Source of the DNA: the human T2T-CHM13v2.0 reference genome, Homo sapiens
Length of the DNA stretch: 64,000 nt
Direction: 5' to 3' (one strand)
Assembly (NCBI RefSeq): GCF_009914755.1
Contig: NC_060927.1
Positions 48,176 through 63,916 of the stretch are shown here, piece by piece. How positions within the stretch are numbered: position 1 is the stretch's first letter; the number at the start of each line of letters is the position of its first letter. The notes under the pieces were generated by a model. It worked only from the letters and a program-made list of their open reading frames with translations. It made no database searches and was not told the origin of the DNA. The translations under genes and the position numbers were made by a program.

Positions 48176-50799
48176 AGTAATCAGATTAAAATTTTTTAAA
48201 ATCTTGGTAAAATAGAAATAGAAGAGAAATCTTCGATCAGATATAGAGCATTTATTAAAAATCTATAACTAACATCATACTTAATGGTGAAAGATTGAAT
48301 GCCTTCCTCCTAGGATCAGGAAAAAAAATCACAAATATTTCTACTTCTATTCAACATTGTGCTAGAGGTTGTAGTCAGTGTGAATAGGCAAGAAAAAATA
48401 AATAAGAGGCACCTGGTTTGAAAAGAAAGAAGCAAAATTCTCTTTATTAGCAGTTGTGAGTAGATTATAAATTAATAGAAACCCAATAAAATCTTCAAAA
48501 AATTTATAGAACAAATAATTTATCAAGACCATGGGATAGAGAAACAATACACAAAAACTGATATTTCTATAATCTCTAAACCACAGATGGGCATAACACA
48601 TTTGCCAATTATATATAGAATAAAAAACTTGTATTCAGACAGTATAAAGAAACTCAATAGTAAGAAAATGAACAACTCAGTAAAAATTGGCAAATGATTT
48701 GACCAGATACTTTATCAAAGAAAATAGCAAATGGAAAATAAGCATATGAAAAGATGGTCAGCATCATTAGTTATCAGGGAAACACAAACTAGAATCATTG
48801 AGATACAACTCTACATCTATTAGAATGGCTATATTTTAAATAAAATTAAAAACTGATCATATCAAGTGTAGGAGAGAATGTGGATGAACTGGAATGCTCT
48901 TAATACTGGTGGGAATAATAATAGTGGGAATGTGGGATAGTACATACACTTTGCAAAACAGTTTAGGCAGTTCAGTTTCTTTAAAAGTTTGTCATACACC
49001 TACTCTATGATCCAAACGCTCCACATTCCACCCAAGAGAAATAAAAGCATATATACATACAAACACTGGTACATGAATGTTGATAGCAGTTTTATTTGTA
49101 AAAGCTAAAAAGTGGAAACCAAATTCCATCAATAGGTAAATTTGCACTAAAATGGAATGAACCATTGATAAGCACTCCCATATGGTTGAATCTCAATATA
49201 ATTATTCTGAGTAAAAGCCAGAAGAAAAGTACATACTATTTTATTCATACATACAAAATTTAGAAAATGAAAACTAACGTGTGGTAACAGCATGGAAGTG
49301 GTCTCCTGGGGTTGGGGACCAGTAGGGACCAGCAGGAAGGATTACCAAGGGGCTTCAGAAAATTTTTATGGATAATGGATACATACGTTCATCACGTTCA
49401 TGGTCTCATGCGTGCACACATACATCAAAGCTTAGCAGACTGTACATGTTACATACATATAGTTTATTGTGCATCTGTTATACTTCAATAAAACTTTTTT
49501 TAATAGGCATTAAAAATAAGCTGGGTGGTTTGGCTTCTCTGAGCTGAGCTTTGTTGGTCAGCTGGCAGCTGGCTGGTCTAGGATGGCCTCAGCTGAGATG
49601 ACTTAATTCTGTTCCGTGTAATCTATTATTGGCCAACAAGCTAGCCTGAACTTTGTCACACTGTGGTGGCAGTGTTGCAAAAATGAGAAAGCAACATTGT
49701 ATAAAAGAGTAAGCAGAAAGCACACAAGGCTTCTTGAGGACCATACTCAGAACTGGTATAGTGTTTTTTCTGCTGCCTTCTATTCATCAAAGCAAGTTAT
49801 AAGGCTAGTCCAGGTTCAAGGGATGGGGAAAAATACCTCTTTATGGAAGGAGCTGCCAACATATGATAACAAACATGAATACAGGGAAGAGAATACTTTA
49901 GGCTATTTTTGCAGTCAGCGTAACTTAAGGTCATTCTTCCAATTATCAGATCATTATTCTAAGATCATTATTAACTCATGCATTTGATTGTATGATGTAT
50001 TTGTCAATTGCGGTTATTATCTTCATTGATATTCAAGTTGTCCATATTTGGAGAGTGGGGTCCTGTGTTTACTTGAGAATTTCCTGACACATCTTCTGTG
50101 GCTGGAAACTATATTTCCCAGAATTACCTTCCCTATGTGGCTTTAAGTCAGAAGTAACTTACGCAAAATTTGGAAGTTGGAAGTGGAAGCAGATATTCAG
50201 TGGCTTCACAGACCTCTCCATGAGCTACCATTTTGCCTGTGGGAGGAAGACTAAAAGCTTCTCACACTCTTCTCAAATTCTTGCCTTTCAAGCCACTTGA
50301 CGCTTCAAGCTGAAAACATTAATGATGTGATCCTCTGGCTTCCTTCCCAGCCTTTCCACACTCATATAAATTCAAATTCTTATCATAAACCTTTCTGTTT
50401 CCATAATAGTTGTCATGGCTCCTCTCTTGTCTGAATCTGAGTTGATAAAAAGTTTCTTCAAGTTGGCTCCTGAGTCCTTTGGATATACACAATATTGTAG
50501 TTTTTGGTAACTCACTTGCTTTCTGGAGTAAGAATATATTATAAGGTTATCTTCTTGTATTCCTGTCTAAAATCTAGAACCAGCTATTTCTTCAGGGACT
50601 CCCTGTTTTTTAAGTTACTTGGAATAGTTCTTCTCCAACTGACTACTTATTTATTAATTATAGATGTATTAATAATAGCCTATAGTACTCTCTGCCATTA
50701 AATCCTCTCATTGCACTTATATTCTAATGGAGAAGACAGAAAATAAGCAAATAAAATGAGCAAATAAATAACAAGCAAGTAAAATGAGCAAATAAGTAT

Positions 50800-50925
50800 T
50801 TTCTCCACTAGAATGTAAGTCCAGTGAGATCAAGGATATTGATTTGCTCACCACTGTATCCCTAGTGTCTAGCAAAGTGCCTGGCACATCACACGCACTC
50901 AAAAATTTGTTAAAGATTAAATGAA
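50800..50925 (+). mobile_element. L2 3' end
   Basis: CTAGAATGTAAGTCCA.TGAG..CAAGGA...CACTGTATCCCTAGTG.CTAGCA.AGTGCCTGGCACA. Confidence 0.75.
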
Positions 50926-51342
50926 ACGTTTGTTCCTAGTTCATATCGTTTTCTGCCATTTTAGACCAATGACATGGCCACCACTTATAACAATACTCTG
51001 CACAAACAATGCTCTGCATAAAGTAGGGAGCAACATTCACATTGCAGTTAATGAAAATGGCACCCTAGGATGGTGGACAACCTCAATAACAATTCACAGC
51101 AGCCCTGCGACCAGCTTAATAGACATCTCTAACTGAACGCCCGCAGGCATTTGAAACTCAACATAAAAAAAAATCTTATTTCATTACTATTATTTATTGC
51201 CCCATTCTCCTCTTCTAAGCTTCCCTATCTCTGTTTTAATAGTTCCATTATACTCCCAAGAAACCAAACTAAACCGGAAACCTGAGAAGCTTCCTCAATC
51301 CCCCTTTCCCTTATGAGCACAAGTTAGTGTGTACCTTGATAG

Positions 51343-52722
51343 TAAGAGGTGACAGCGTGCTGGCAGTCCTCACAGCCCTCGCTCGCTCTGGGCGCCTCCT
51401 CTGCCTGGGCTCCCACTTTGGCGGCACTTGAGGAGCCCTTCAGCCCACCGCTGCACTGTGGGAGCCCCTTTCTGGGCTGGCCAAGGCCGGAGCCGGCTCC
51501 CTCAGCTTGTGGGGAGGTGTGCACGGAGAGGCGCGAGTGGGAACCCGGGCTGGGCACGGCGCCTGCGGGCCAGCTGGAGTTCCGGGTCGGCGTGGGCTTG
51601 GCGGGCCGGCACTCGGAGCAGCCGGCCGGCCCTGCTGGCCCCGGGCAATGAGGGGCTTAGCACCTGGGCCAGCGGCTGCGGAGGGTGTACTGGGTCCCCC
51701 AGCAGTGCCAGCCCACCAGCGCTGCGCTCAATTTCTCGCCGGGCCTTAGCTGCCTTCCCGCGGGACAGGGCTCGGGACCTGCAGCCCGCCATGCCTGAGC
51801 CTCCCACCCCCTCCGTGGGCTCCTGTGCGGCCGAGCCTCCCCTACGAGCGCCGCCCCCTGCTCCCGGGCGTCCAGTCCTATCAACCACCCAAGGGCTGAG
51901 GAGTTCGGGCGCCTGGCACGGGACTGGCAGGCAGCTCCACCTGCAGCCCCGGTGGGGGATCCACTGGGTGAAGCCAGCTGGGCTCCTGAGTCTGGTGGGG
52001 ATGTGGAGAACCTTTATGTCTAACTCAGGGATTGTAAACGCACCAATCGGCACTCTGTATCTAGCTCAAGGTTTGTAAACACACCAATCAGCACCCTGTG
52101 TCTAGCTCAGGGTTTGTGAATGCAGCAATAGACACTCTGTATCTAGCTAATCTGGTGGGGAGGTGGAGAACCTTTGTGCATAGCTCAGGGATTGTAAACG
52201 CACCAATCAGCACCCTGTCAAAACAGACCACTGGGCTCTACCAATCAGCAGGATGTGGGTGGGGCCAGATAAGAGAATAAAAGCAGGCTGCCCAAGCCCA
52301 TAGTGGCAACCCGCTGCGGTCCCCTTCCATATTGCGGAAGCTTTGTTCTTTCGCTCTTTGTAATAAATCTTGCTGCTGCTCACTCTTTGGGTCCACACTG
52401 CCTTTATGAGCTGTAACACTTACCGCGAAGGTCTGCAGCTTCACTCCTGAAGCCAGCGAGACCACGAACCCACCGGGAGAAAAGAACAACTCCAGACGCT
52501 CTGCCTTAAGAGCTGCGACACCCACGGCAAAGGTCCACAGCTTCACTCCTGAGCCAGTGAGACCAGGAACCCCACCAGAAGGAAGAAACTCCGAACACAT
52601 CCGAACATCAGAAAGGACAAACTCCAGTCACGCTGTCTTTAAGAACTGTAACACTCACCTCGAGGGTCCGTGGCTTCATTCTTGAAGTCAGTGAGACCAA
52701 GAACCCATCAATTTCGGACACA
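51343..52722 (+). mobile_element. LTR12C (ERV9) solo LTR
   Basis: AGAGGTGACAGCGTGCTGGCAGTCC start, CpG-rich U3, tandem CACCAATCAGCAC repeats, AATAAAAGC box, end TTTCGGACACA; TSD ATAG at 51339-51342 and 52723-52726. Confidence 0.95.
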
Positions 52723-53040
52723 ATAGGTCTCCTCTTCATCCCCTTCTTCTTTTCTCATTACTGTGTCTCAAGTTTAAGATTTCATTGTCTCTCCTTTGGT
52801 ATCTCTACATCCAACTCCATCCAAGTGCAATCTGTCCTCTATAAAAATTTTTGAAGTCATCTTTTTACATCTCAAGGGTGGTCCAGGTTTTTCTCTTGTT
52901 TACATCCTTAAGTGGTTTGCCACTACCTATGTGGGATCAAGTCCATGCTCCTTAGCAGGATGGAGAAGACTGGTCCCCACCCTCGTCTCCAACTGTATTT
53001 TATACTCTGCCCCAAGCTCTTACATTTAACTTGCTTGTAA

Positions 53041-53377
<337 letters not shown>

Positions 53378-54273
53378 TTATTCATTCTTTTAAACTCAGC
53401 TCAGGTAATACCTCTTTCCTAAAACTTCTCTTAGTTTTTCTCCACTCCAGATGAGCATTCAACTTCTTCTCTTGCTGTATTATCCTGTATTATTTTGAAC
53501 ACCTATTTTCTCTATGGTTCTTGTTTTCATTTTCATCTTCTCCAAACCTCTTAGCTCCTTGACATCGAAAGCCATACATATTTTTTCCTGTTTCCTTAGC
53601 TTGTAGCCTAGCAAAGTTCTGGGACAAATATTGTAAAGCTTGATAAATGATTATAGAAGGATGAACAGATTTATAGATATCTGAGAAATGTTTTTATTTA
53701 ATAGAGTATTATATTGAAACAATATTACGGGAACTACTGCAAACTGAAACCCAAGCTACTAGTATTTCCACACAAGTCTTTATAAAAAGGCCCACTAATA
53801 CCTTAACACCTCCTCCCAATGTCTTTGTAATGAGCCTGAAAAAGACTGAGGTCATGGACTGACATCCTTGCTACCACTTTCCCCAGAATGTGCCTGTATG
53901 GTTGATATCACCTTTGAATTTTCACCATGCATTTGGGGGAAAAAGAGACTGAAGAGAGTTAATGACATAGCATATGGATAGAAAAAGCAGAGTGGTAACT
54001 AGCCAAAGTTAGAGATTTCATCCTCATATTTGAGTAAGCTTACCAAGGTCAGGAAAATTCCACCATGACTACAAATGATCACTGTGGAAAGACTAGAAGA
54101 TCTAGACTCACCCAGCATATTCATAATTCTTAGATTGAAAGGACCTTTTCATTAACATCTGTATTTATTGTTTGAAAGTGCAGCCAATACCAAAAGTTAA
54201 GGAAGGAAGGAAGGAAAGAAAGAAAGAAAAGGAAGGAAGGAGGGAAGCAAAGAAAGAGAAAGAGAAAGGATTA

Positions 54274-54578
<305 letters not shown>

Positions 54579-55378
54579 TGGAATATGAAGAAAGAGTTAA
54601 ATTTAGGCTGAAGTTATTACATAGCACCAAGAGATTTAATCGTTAATAATAACTAATACTTTTTAAATTGTTTGAAAAGTACTCATTTTTTTCTCCTATT
54701 TTTAACTTTTAACAGGTATGCTTGTAAGCCATATATTATTTAACTTTTAAGTATTATGGAGTATTAAAATGCAAATTGAAAACAAAAATATCAGACCTTG
54801 CACTCAAAGAATTTCAAATGAATTTAAGATGACTGAGACACACACACACACACATAACAAGAAGATGGTATAATATAGAATATTTTTCTTGCAGGAAAAG
54901 CCTTGAAAATTTTTGGAGTACATATAGTAAGAATGCACTTCACTGCAGCAAAAGTAAGTGTGGCTTTGAACAAAAGTTTGCTTCAGTATAGCTGTTATGT
55001 GACACCTAGTAGCTCTGTGGTTTTTGTGGACACGTAAAATCTGCTGAACTCTGAAAAGCATTTCCACAGTAGTCTATTTTACATAAGTACACTGGTGCCA
55101 GACATTTAACGCTAACCACAGAGTGAAAAAGGCAGCATGCATATAAATATATAAATAAAAATTGATATGTAAATAATCATAATCACATCACTACAAACCA
55201 CATGTTTTTCATAAAATATCTTAATTTTCAAATTGGCAGGCTGATCACTTGTAATTGGAGAAAGCCTTCAAACTAAATAAATATAATCTATTATAAACAT
55301 AAATGATTTGAATTGATTTGGATAGGTGAGTAGCTATGAATTATTTGATATTTTATCAAATCCAAATTACCACAGCTA

Positions 55379-56493
<1,115 letters not shown>

Positions 56494-57150
56494 TAAAAGT
56501 AAATTTTAAAAATAAACAGTTTATAAATTAGAATTAATAAACAAACATTGAAATTGTATAAAGAATGTTTCCAAATACAAAGGGTTTTAAAAACCAGTTC
56601 TCTATATGATAAAAACCCTCAACAATTTGGGTATAGAAGGAACATATCTTAACACAATAAAGGCCATATATGACAAGCCCACAGCTAATACCATTCTGAA
56701 GGGGGAAAAATTGAAATCTTATCCACTAAGACCTGGAACAAGACAAGGATGCCCACTTTCACCACTTTTATTCAGCATAACACTAAATGTTCTAACCAGA
56801 GCAATTATACAATAGAAAAAAATTAAGTGCATCCACATTGAAAAGAAAGAAGTTAAATTATCCTTGTTCGCAGATGACAAGAGCTTATATTTAGGGAAAC
56901 CAAAAGACTCCACCAAACTACTCTTAGAGCTGATCAGCCAATTTATTTAAATTGCAGGATATAAAACCAACATACAAACATCATCTGAAAGGGAAATCAA
57001 GAAATTCCATTTACAACAGCTACCAAAAAAAAAAAATAATAATAAAATGCCTAGGAATAAATTTAACCAAGACATGAAATATCTCTACAAAGAAATCAAC
57101 AAAAGACTTATGAAAGAGAGTGAAGAGACCAAAAAAATAGAACAGATATC

Positions 57151-58024
57151 TGCAATAGTTTGGACATGTGTCTCCTGTAAATCTCATGATGAGTTGTAAT
57201 CCCTGGTGTTGGAGGTGGTGCCTGGTGGGAGGTGATTGTATCATGGAGGCAGATTTCTCAGGAGTGATTTAGTGCCTTCCTATTGGTGCTGTCCTCTCAA
57301 TAGTGAGTTCTTGCAAGATCTGATATTTTTCAAAGTGCCATTTCCCCCGCCTTGCACCTGCTTTCACTATGTGTCATGCTTGCTCCCATTTCACCTTCTG
57401 CCATGAGTAAAAGCTCCCTGAGGCCTCCCCAGAAGCTGAACAGATGCCAGTGCCAAGCTTGTACAGTCTGCAGAAGCATGAGCCAATTAAACTTCTTTTC
57501 TTACCCAATCTCAGGTATTTCTTTATAGTGTCAATCAAGAAAAATGATGAGGCAAGTCTCAATCATTTTAGGAGGTTTGTTTGCCAAAGCTAAGGTTTGT
57601 TTGCCAAAGCTAAGGACAGGAACCCATGACACAGCCTCAGGAGGTTCTGACAACATGTGCCCAAGGTGGTCAGGGCACAGCCTGGTTTTATACATTTTAG
57701 GGAGACATGAGACATCAATCAATATAGGTAAGAAGTGCATTGGTTTCGTCCAGAGAGGTGGGACCAACTCAAAGCAGGGAGGGGGCTTCCAGGTCACAGG
57801 TAGGTGAGAGACAAATGGTTGCATTCTTTCAGTTTCTGATAAACCTTTCCAAAGGAGGCAATCAGAATATGCCTCTATCTCAGTGAGCAGAGGGATGACT
57901 TTGAATAGAATGGGAGGCAGGTTTGTCCTGAGCAGTTTCCAGCTTGACTTTTCCCTTAGCTTAGTAATTTTGGGGCCCCCAAGATTTTCCTTTCACAATA
58001 GCAATGCAAGAAAAGACTAACACA
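57151..58024 (+). mobile_element. MSTA/B LTR split by a MER4 LTR
   Basis: TGC.ATAGTTTGGA start; end GACTAACACA; near-TSD ATATC/GTATC. Confidence 0.85.
57529..57997 (-). mobile_element. MER4-family solo LTR
   Basis: Minus start TGTGAAAGGAAAATCTTGGGGGCCCC; TSD ATAG at 57525-57528 and 57998-58001. Confidence 0.85.
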
Positions 58025-58079
58025 GTATCTCATTCTCATGGATTAGAATAATTAATATTGCTAAAATGTCTATACTACC

Positions 58080-58439
58080 TGTATTAGTTCTCACACTGCT
58101 ATGAAGAAATACCTGAGACTGGGTAATTTATAAAAGAAAGAGTTTAATTGACTCACAGTTCCCCATGGCTGTGGAAGCCTCAGTAAACTCACAATCATGG
58201 CGGAAGGCACCTCTTCACAGGGCAGCAGGAGAGAGAATGAATGCTGAGCAAAGGGGGAAAAAACCCTTATAAAACCATGATATATCATGAGAATTCATTT
58301 ACTGTCACAAGAACGGCATGGGGGTAGCTGTCCCCATGATTCAATGAGCTCCCACTGAGTCCCTCCCACAACATGTGGGTATGATGGGAACTGCAGTTCA
58401 AGAATGAGATTTGAGTAGGGACACAACCAAACCATATCA
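58080..58439 (-). mobile_element. THE1-family solo LTR
   Basis: TGTATTAGT...CCAAACCATATCA; TSD CTACC at 58075-58079 and 58440-58444. Confidence 0.9.
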
Positions 58440-60759
58440 CTACCTAAAGCAATCTACAGATTCAATAAAATTTCTATCAAAATATAAATGACATTTTACA
58501 CAGAAACAGAACAAAACAATTCTAAAATTTACATGAAACCAAAAAGAAACACAAATGGCTAAAGTAATCCTAAGCAAAAAAAGAATAAAACTGGAGGTAT
58601 CACACTACCTAATTTCAAATTACACTACAAAGGTATAGTAACCAAAACAGCATACTACTGGCCTAAGAACAGACATCAACCAATGGAACAGAAGAGAGAA
58701 CCTAGAAACAAATCCACACACTTACAGCCAGTTCATTCTTGACATAGATGACTAGAACACACACTGGGAGAAGGACACTCTCTTTAATAAATGGCATGGG
58801 AAAACTGGACATCCTAATGCGGAAGAATGAAACTACATCCCCATCTTTCACTATATACAAAAATCAACGCAAACTGGATTAAAGATTGAAATGTAAAACC
58901 TGAAACTATGAAACTACTAGGAGAAAACATAGAGTAAATGCTGCAGAACTTTGATCTGGGCAAAGATTTTGGAGGTAAGAACTCTACAGCATAGGCAATA
59001 AAAACAAAAATAGACAAATGATATTACATGAAGCTAAAATGCTTCTGCACAGCAAAAGAAACAATTTTAAAAAGCGAACATACATCCTACAGAATGAGAG
59101 AAAATATTTGCAAACTATTCATCTGACAAGAGACTAGTAACCAGAATATATAAGGAACTCAAACAACTCAATAGCAAAAAACAAAAATCCACTTTAAAAA
59201 TGGGCAAAGGATCTGAATAAACATCTCTCAAAAGAAGACATACAAATGGCCAACAGGTATACAAAAAGATGCTCAACATCAATAATTATCAGGGATGTGA
59301 AAATCAAAACCACAATTAGGTATCATCTTACCCAGTTAAAATGGCTATTACCAAAAAGACAAAAAATAATAAATACTGGCAAGGATGTAAAGAAAAAGGA
59401 AAATGTATACACTATTGGTAAGAATGTAAAATAGTACAACTAGTATGGAAAACGGTATGGAAATCCTCACAAAACTAGCAATAGGCCTACCATACAATCC
59501 AGCAATCTCACTGCTGGATATATACCACCCCCACTACCACGACAAGGAAATCAGTGTATCAAAGAGACATCTGCACTCTTGTGTTTATTGCAGCACTATT
59601 TACAATAGCCAAGATATGGAATCAACCTACATTTCCATCAACAGATGATAGGATAAAGAAAATGGGGTACATATACACAATGAACTAGTATTCAGCCATA
59701 AAAAAGAATGAAATCCTGTCATTTGCAGCAACTGGATGGAACTGGAGGTCATTTTGTTACATGAAATAAGCCAGGCACAGAAATACCAATTACCCCACAT
59801 GTTCTCACTCATATGTGAGAAATAGAAAAGTTGATCCCATGGAGGTAGAAGATAATAATGGTAATTACCAGAGGCTGTAAAGGTAAGTGGGAGTAGGGGA
59901 GGAGAAAGAGAAGTTGGTTAATGTTTGAAAAAATACCATTAGATAAAAGGAATAAGTTCTAGTACTCAATAGTACAATAGGAAAATTATAGTTAAGAATA
60001 GTGTATTGTATATTTTGAAATAGCTAGAAGAACTTTAATGTTTTCAACATAAAAGAATGATAATTGTTTGAGGTATCCCAGTTACCCTGACTTGATCATT
60101 ACACATTACATGCTTGTATCAAAATATCACATATACCCCATAAATTTGTGTAACTATTATATATCTATAAACATATTTTAAATGAGTAAAAACATTTATG
60201 TTTTGAACATGAATTATTCTGTCTTTATGAACTTGCTTGTAGAATTTACAAAAATATTCTGAATTATTGATGTCTAAATTCTTAAATTTTAGTGTTTTGT
60301 AAAGCATAACACACTAAAGGTAGAAAATGTTAACTCTGAGTCAGAAACCACTCACAGATTTCTTAAAGCCAAGAAAGTAAACAGGAACAATGTAATCAGT
60401 ACCATCAAATCTATATCCAAGTTGTAATCTACTGTGGTAAAATTAGTCGGTTTGGTAAATTGTGAATGGATTAAAGAGATAATGGTAAGCATTTGCATTC
60501 TTGTCATACTATAAATATAAAAGGTGTCATGTCAATCCAGCAAAGGGTATTGTAAAAATAATCTATAATAAAAACATATCTATTTTTGATAGCCCCAAAT
60601 CCATTTCACGGAAAGCCCTGATGGGGCCAAGAATAGGAAAAGTAGAGGATGCTGGATGATGGTGGTACAACTCCATGGCATCATGTGGAAAATTATCAGA
60701 TTGCAAGTTCTCTGGGCTGGGCTTTCTACTTAAATACACAACATACACTCATTTATTCT

Positions 60760-61215
60760 TGTTAGTCCTGGTCCCCCGGAAGCAGACACTAAGATGTAGT
60801 CAGAAATTCAAGAGGTATAATGCACTTGTGCAAGATAAGGAGTAGGGGGAGAAAGTGTAGGCAGAGATAGCCTACAGTCCACCATGCAAGTCCGACACCT
60901 GAGAAAGAAAAGCCATAAGGAAGAAAGATAGAGGGGGAAGCGCCTCACACTGTGGTGTAGAAAATCTTTTTGGTGCAGAAAATCTCAGTGAGCCCAATGG
61001 GGAGCTCTAGTGCACAGATTCCTAACAGAGGAGTTTCAGATTAAGAGGAAATTGCCATGCCCTAATATCGCTGCTTTGTTTAGTTATCTAGCACCCCTGA
61101 TGTGCTTAGTGTCTCCAGGGAGCTGACTGGAGAGAGTTGGAGGCTGTCAGCTCACTACACTCTTTGTGGCAGGCTCTCTCAAGGAAAGATCTAATACACC
61201 TCCGTGACTGTCACA
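60760..61215 (-). mobile_element. Old ERVL-class LTR
   Basis: TGTTAGTCCTGGTCCCCCGGAAGCAGACAC start, GACTGTCACA end; similar to the LTR at 62603. Confidence 0.5.
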
Positions 61216-61711
61216 TTTCCTATTCAAATTATAGTGGCCCTTGAAGTTTTCTTTCCCCATAATGATAACATAGCTTTTGAATGCCAAATGTAATATATAC
61301 TATCTTAGCAATATGTCATGTGGACAATTTGATCTTGCACTTACTGTGAAAGTAAATTATATACAAGAAAAGTTTCCAAGAAAATGCAACAAGACCATAT
61401 ACAATGCAGAAAGAATTAAAATGGCATAAGGCTTCTCAATAGCAACAGCAGAAGCAAGGGGAAAACAAATCAGTATTTTTTAAGTGCTGAAGAAACTTTA
61501 AATTAGGATTTTATGTCTAGATAATCATTTAAATGTAAGGTAAGTTGAAGATGTTCTCAAGCATACGAAGTCTCAGAAATTTTATCACACTAAAACTAAA
61601 ACCATTATTGAAAACACTTTTGGAAATAATAACACTTTTTATTTAACCACTATCAAAAATAGAAAAAAAAACAATAAAAACAGAAAGAAATGAAAACAAT
61701 GCATCAATAAG

Positions 61712-62486
61712 TGAAATGGGAGAGTTCTCTAACCCTCCTCACAGGACACGTGACAAGGATGTGGCTCATCTGTTTGGCCGCTGCCACTTTTCAAAGCTTT
61801 CATGGGAGGGAGAGCACATAGATGGGCAGGTGCAGGAGCCAGGGTATGTGCTTTTGGGCTTTGGCCCGACAGTGATGTCTAGGGATGTGTGCCTGTGACT
61901 CTCAAAGCCCCCATGGGTGTGCTACCGTGCTCTTTTAGCTCTGCCATCCACAGACAGCTTAAGTGTTAACCAGCTTAGTGCCCTCTTGGTACACAGGTTC
62001 TTGTCTGGCATCCAGGAAGAAAAAGGTTACACATGGACGTGAAGGATGGTGAATGCAGGGATTTTACTGGGTAATGGAGGTGGCTCTCAATGGGATGGAT
62101 AGGGAGCTGGAAAGGGGATGGAGTGGGAAGGTGATCTTCCCCTGGAGTTTGGCCGTCCAGCAGCTGATCTCCCCTCTGACCATCCCCAGCCAAACTCCTC
62201 TTGATATTCAGGCACTCCTCTTCTCTCCTTCTCTGCCATGCCATTCTGCCACTCTTCTGCTCTTCTGTTTGTCTGGTTGTCTGCTCATCTGCTCATGGTG
62301 CCTGTGGTTTATAGTGTTTATGTGTACAGGATAGTGGGGGGTGGCAGGCCAAAAAACAGCTTTGGGGCACAAAAACAGGAATGCCTGTTCCCATTTAGGT
62401 CCTTGGGTTTCCAGGCTTGAGGGTGGGGCCTTTGTCAGGGAACTGTCCTCTTCCACCCAGTATTTCCCTGACCCCTGTTTGTATCA
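61712..62486 (-). mobile_element. LTR1-family (ERV1) solo LTR
   Basis: Minus start TGATACAAACAGGGGTCAGGGAAATACTGGG...AAGGCCCCACCCTCAAGCCTGG; TSD TAAG at 61708-61711 and 62487-62490. Confidence 0.85.
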
Positions 62487-62602
62487 TAAGGATTCTGAGA
62501 TTAAACTAATAATAATGTCAATGTAGTTGAAGGATGATAGAATGATTGGTGGGAGTTAAAAGTGGGCTAAGATACTGATCTTGGAAGGGAACATATCCAT
62601 AT

Positions 62603-63916
62603 TGTGTTAGGCTGGATTTTCCCAGAATCAGACCCTGAGCCAAGGATTTTAGTGCAAATTTTTGCATGCGTGTGGTGATCTCAAAAAGCACCAATACAGG
62701 ACTGCAGAAGTGAAATAGAGAATAACAGAAAACGAATCTGAATTCAGGATACCTTAACAAGCAGGTTACCACTTGGTGAAATTGGATTAGGTCTCACTGG
62801 GCCCCTCCAGTAGATGTAGAATTTGCCTCAGAGTTGTTCCATTCAAGGGGCAAGAAAGGTGGAGATTGGCTTCTGGATGGCCAAACTCCAGGAGAAGACC
62901 AATTTCTACTCCTCATTGTTTAAAAGCTGTGCTCATGGACAGTAACTCCCTGGAGATTACAGAGGCCAAGCACCCTCCACCCAGGAAACCCTCTGACTAA
63001 GGGATGCAGGTACCTCAAGTAAAGAAGTTATTGGCATGTATGGGAAACATAATTGCATAGGGGATATGGCTGTAACTGCTCTACTGTACCCACTGTACTG
63101 CACAGATTCACTCATGCTTTGAATTAAATTCCCTCCATCTAGTCACTATTCTTCAATGTAGTGGCTAGTCACAATTTTAAAATAAAATGAAATTAAATAC
63201 TAACAATAGGAGGCCAATGGGACAAACTGCAGCCTCTGCTGCTGCAGTTGGCCTGAGGCTATGACTGCTATTCATCATCTTACCTTTTTAGCAGACATTT
63301 TACATTTCACTCAACCTTGGCCAGCACTTCTAGTCTAAGTTGCTTCACTTTAATGAAACTCAGACCCACATCCCTGAGGGATCTGATCACCTTTTTGTTG
63401 TTCTCTAATCAGTTCATGGTTTCTGCAATTGCCTGTTCACTGTGATCATTAGACATAGAAGCACCTAGAGGAACCTGGTGAGTCTCCTAAATTCAAGGCA
63501 TAATTCTCCTTGCTGCTATTAAGTAGTAGTAACTTTATCTCTCCACGACATTAAGGATCAATTACACCTTCTGCATAGTAATTCCGGTCTTTGTTTGCTG
63601 GCCTATTGGCCTAAGGAGCCAAAAATAGCCAGTGGCTGCCAGAGCTTCAAATTTAGTAGAACGTTACTGATCCCTTTTAGTCCAGTATAACACAAGTTTT
63701 GCAGATGAAAGCACAAACCTCCAAAGTGGTGCATTGTGAGTAATAATAAGACCCACTCCTTCTTCTATCCTTTGATTCCTGAAACCGTATGTTCTAGCTG
63801 TCACAGTGATAGGATATATAATGGCCATTGGTTCAAAATATATATCATATCCTAAAAAACAGCACTCAAAAGCCACAATGTCATCCACAAGCCTTATTGT
63901 TAAGAGGCCATTTTGT
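62603..63916 (-). mobile_element. ERVL-class element: LTR (~62603-63085, LTR16-like) plus internal region with decayed dUTPase-region coding sequence
   Basis: Minus-strand peptides ARTYGFRNQRIE, LLRPIGQQTKTGIT and GVIDP*CRGEIKLLL resemble ERVL pol-end ARIHGSRNQGVE, LLLPLSQQAKKGVT and GVIDPDYQ. Confidence 0.7.

Larger units (their letters stand above)
56600..60180 (+). mobile_element. L1MA-type ORF2 (RT) to 3'UTR, with nested LTRs
   Basis: Translation includes [13 protein letters not shown] and LFADD (TTGTTCGCAGATGAC); L1MA-like 3'UTR at 59800-60180. Confidence 0.85.

Noticed and set aside
51324-52600. Long ORFs up to 216 aa
   Set aside because: All lie within GC-rich LTR12C, where stop codons are scarce.
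54201-54270. GGAA/GAAA purine tract
   Set aside because: Short and impure; ordinary low-complexity sequence.
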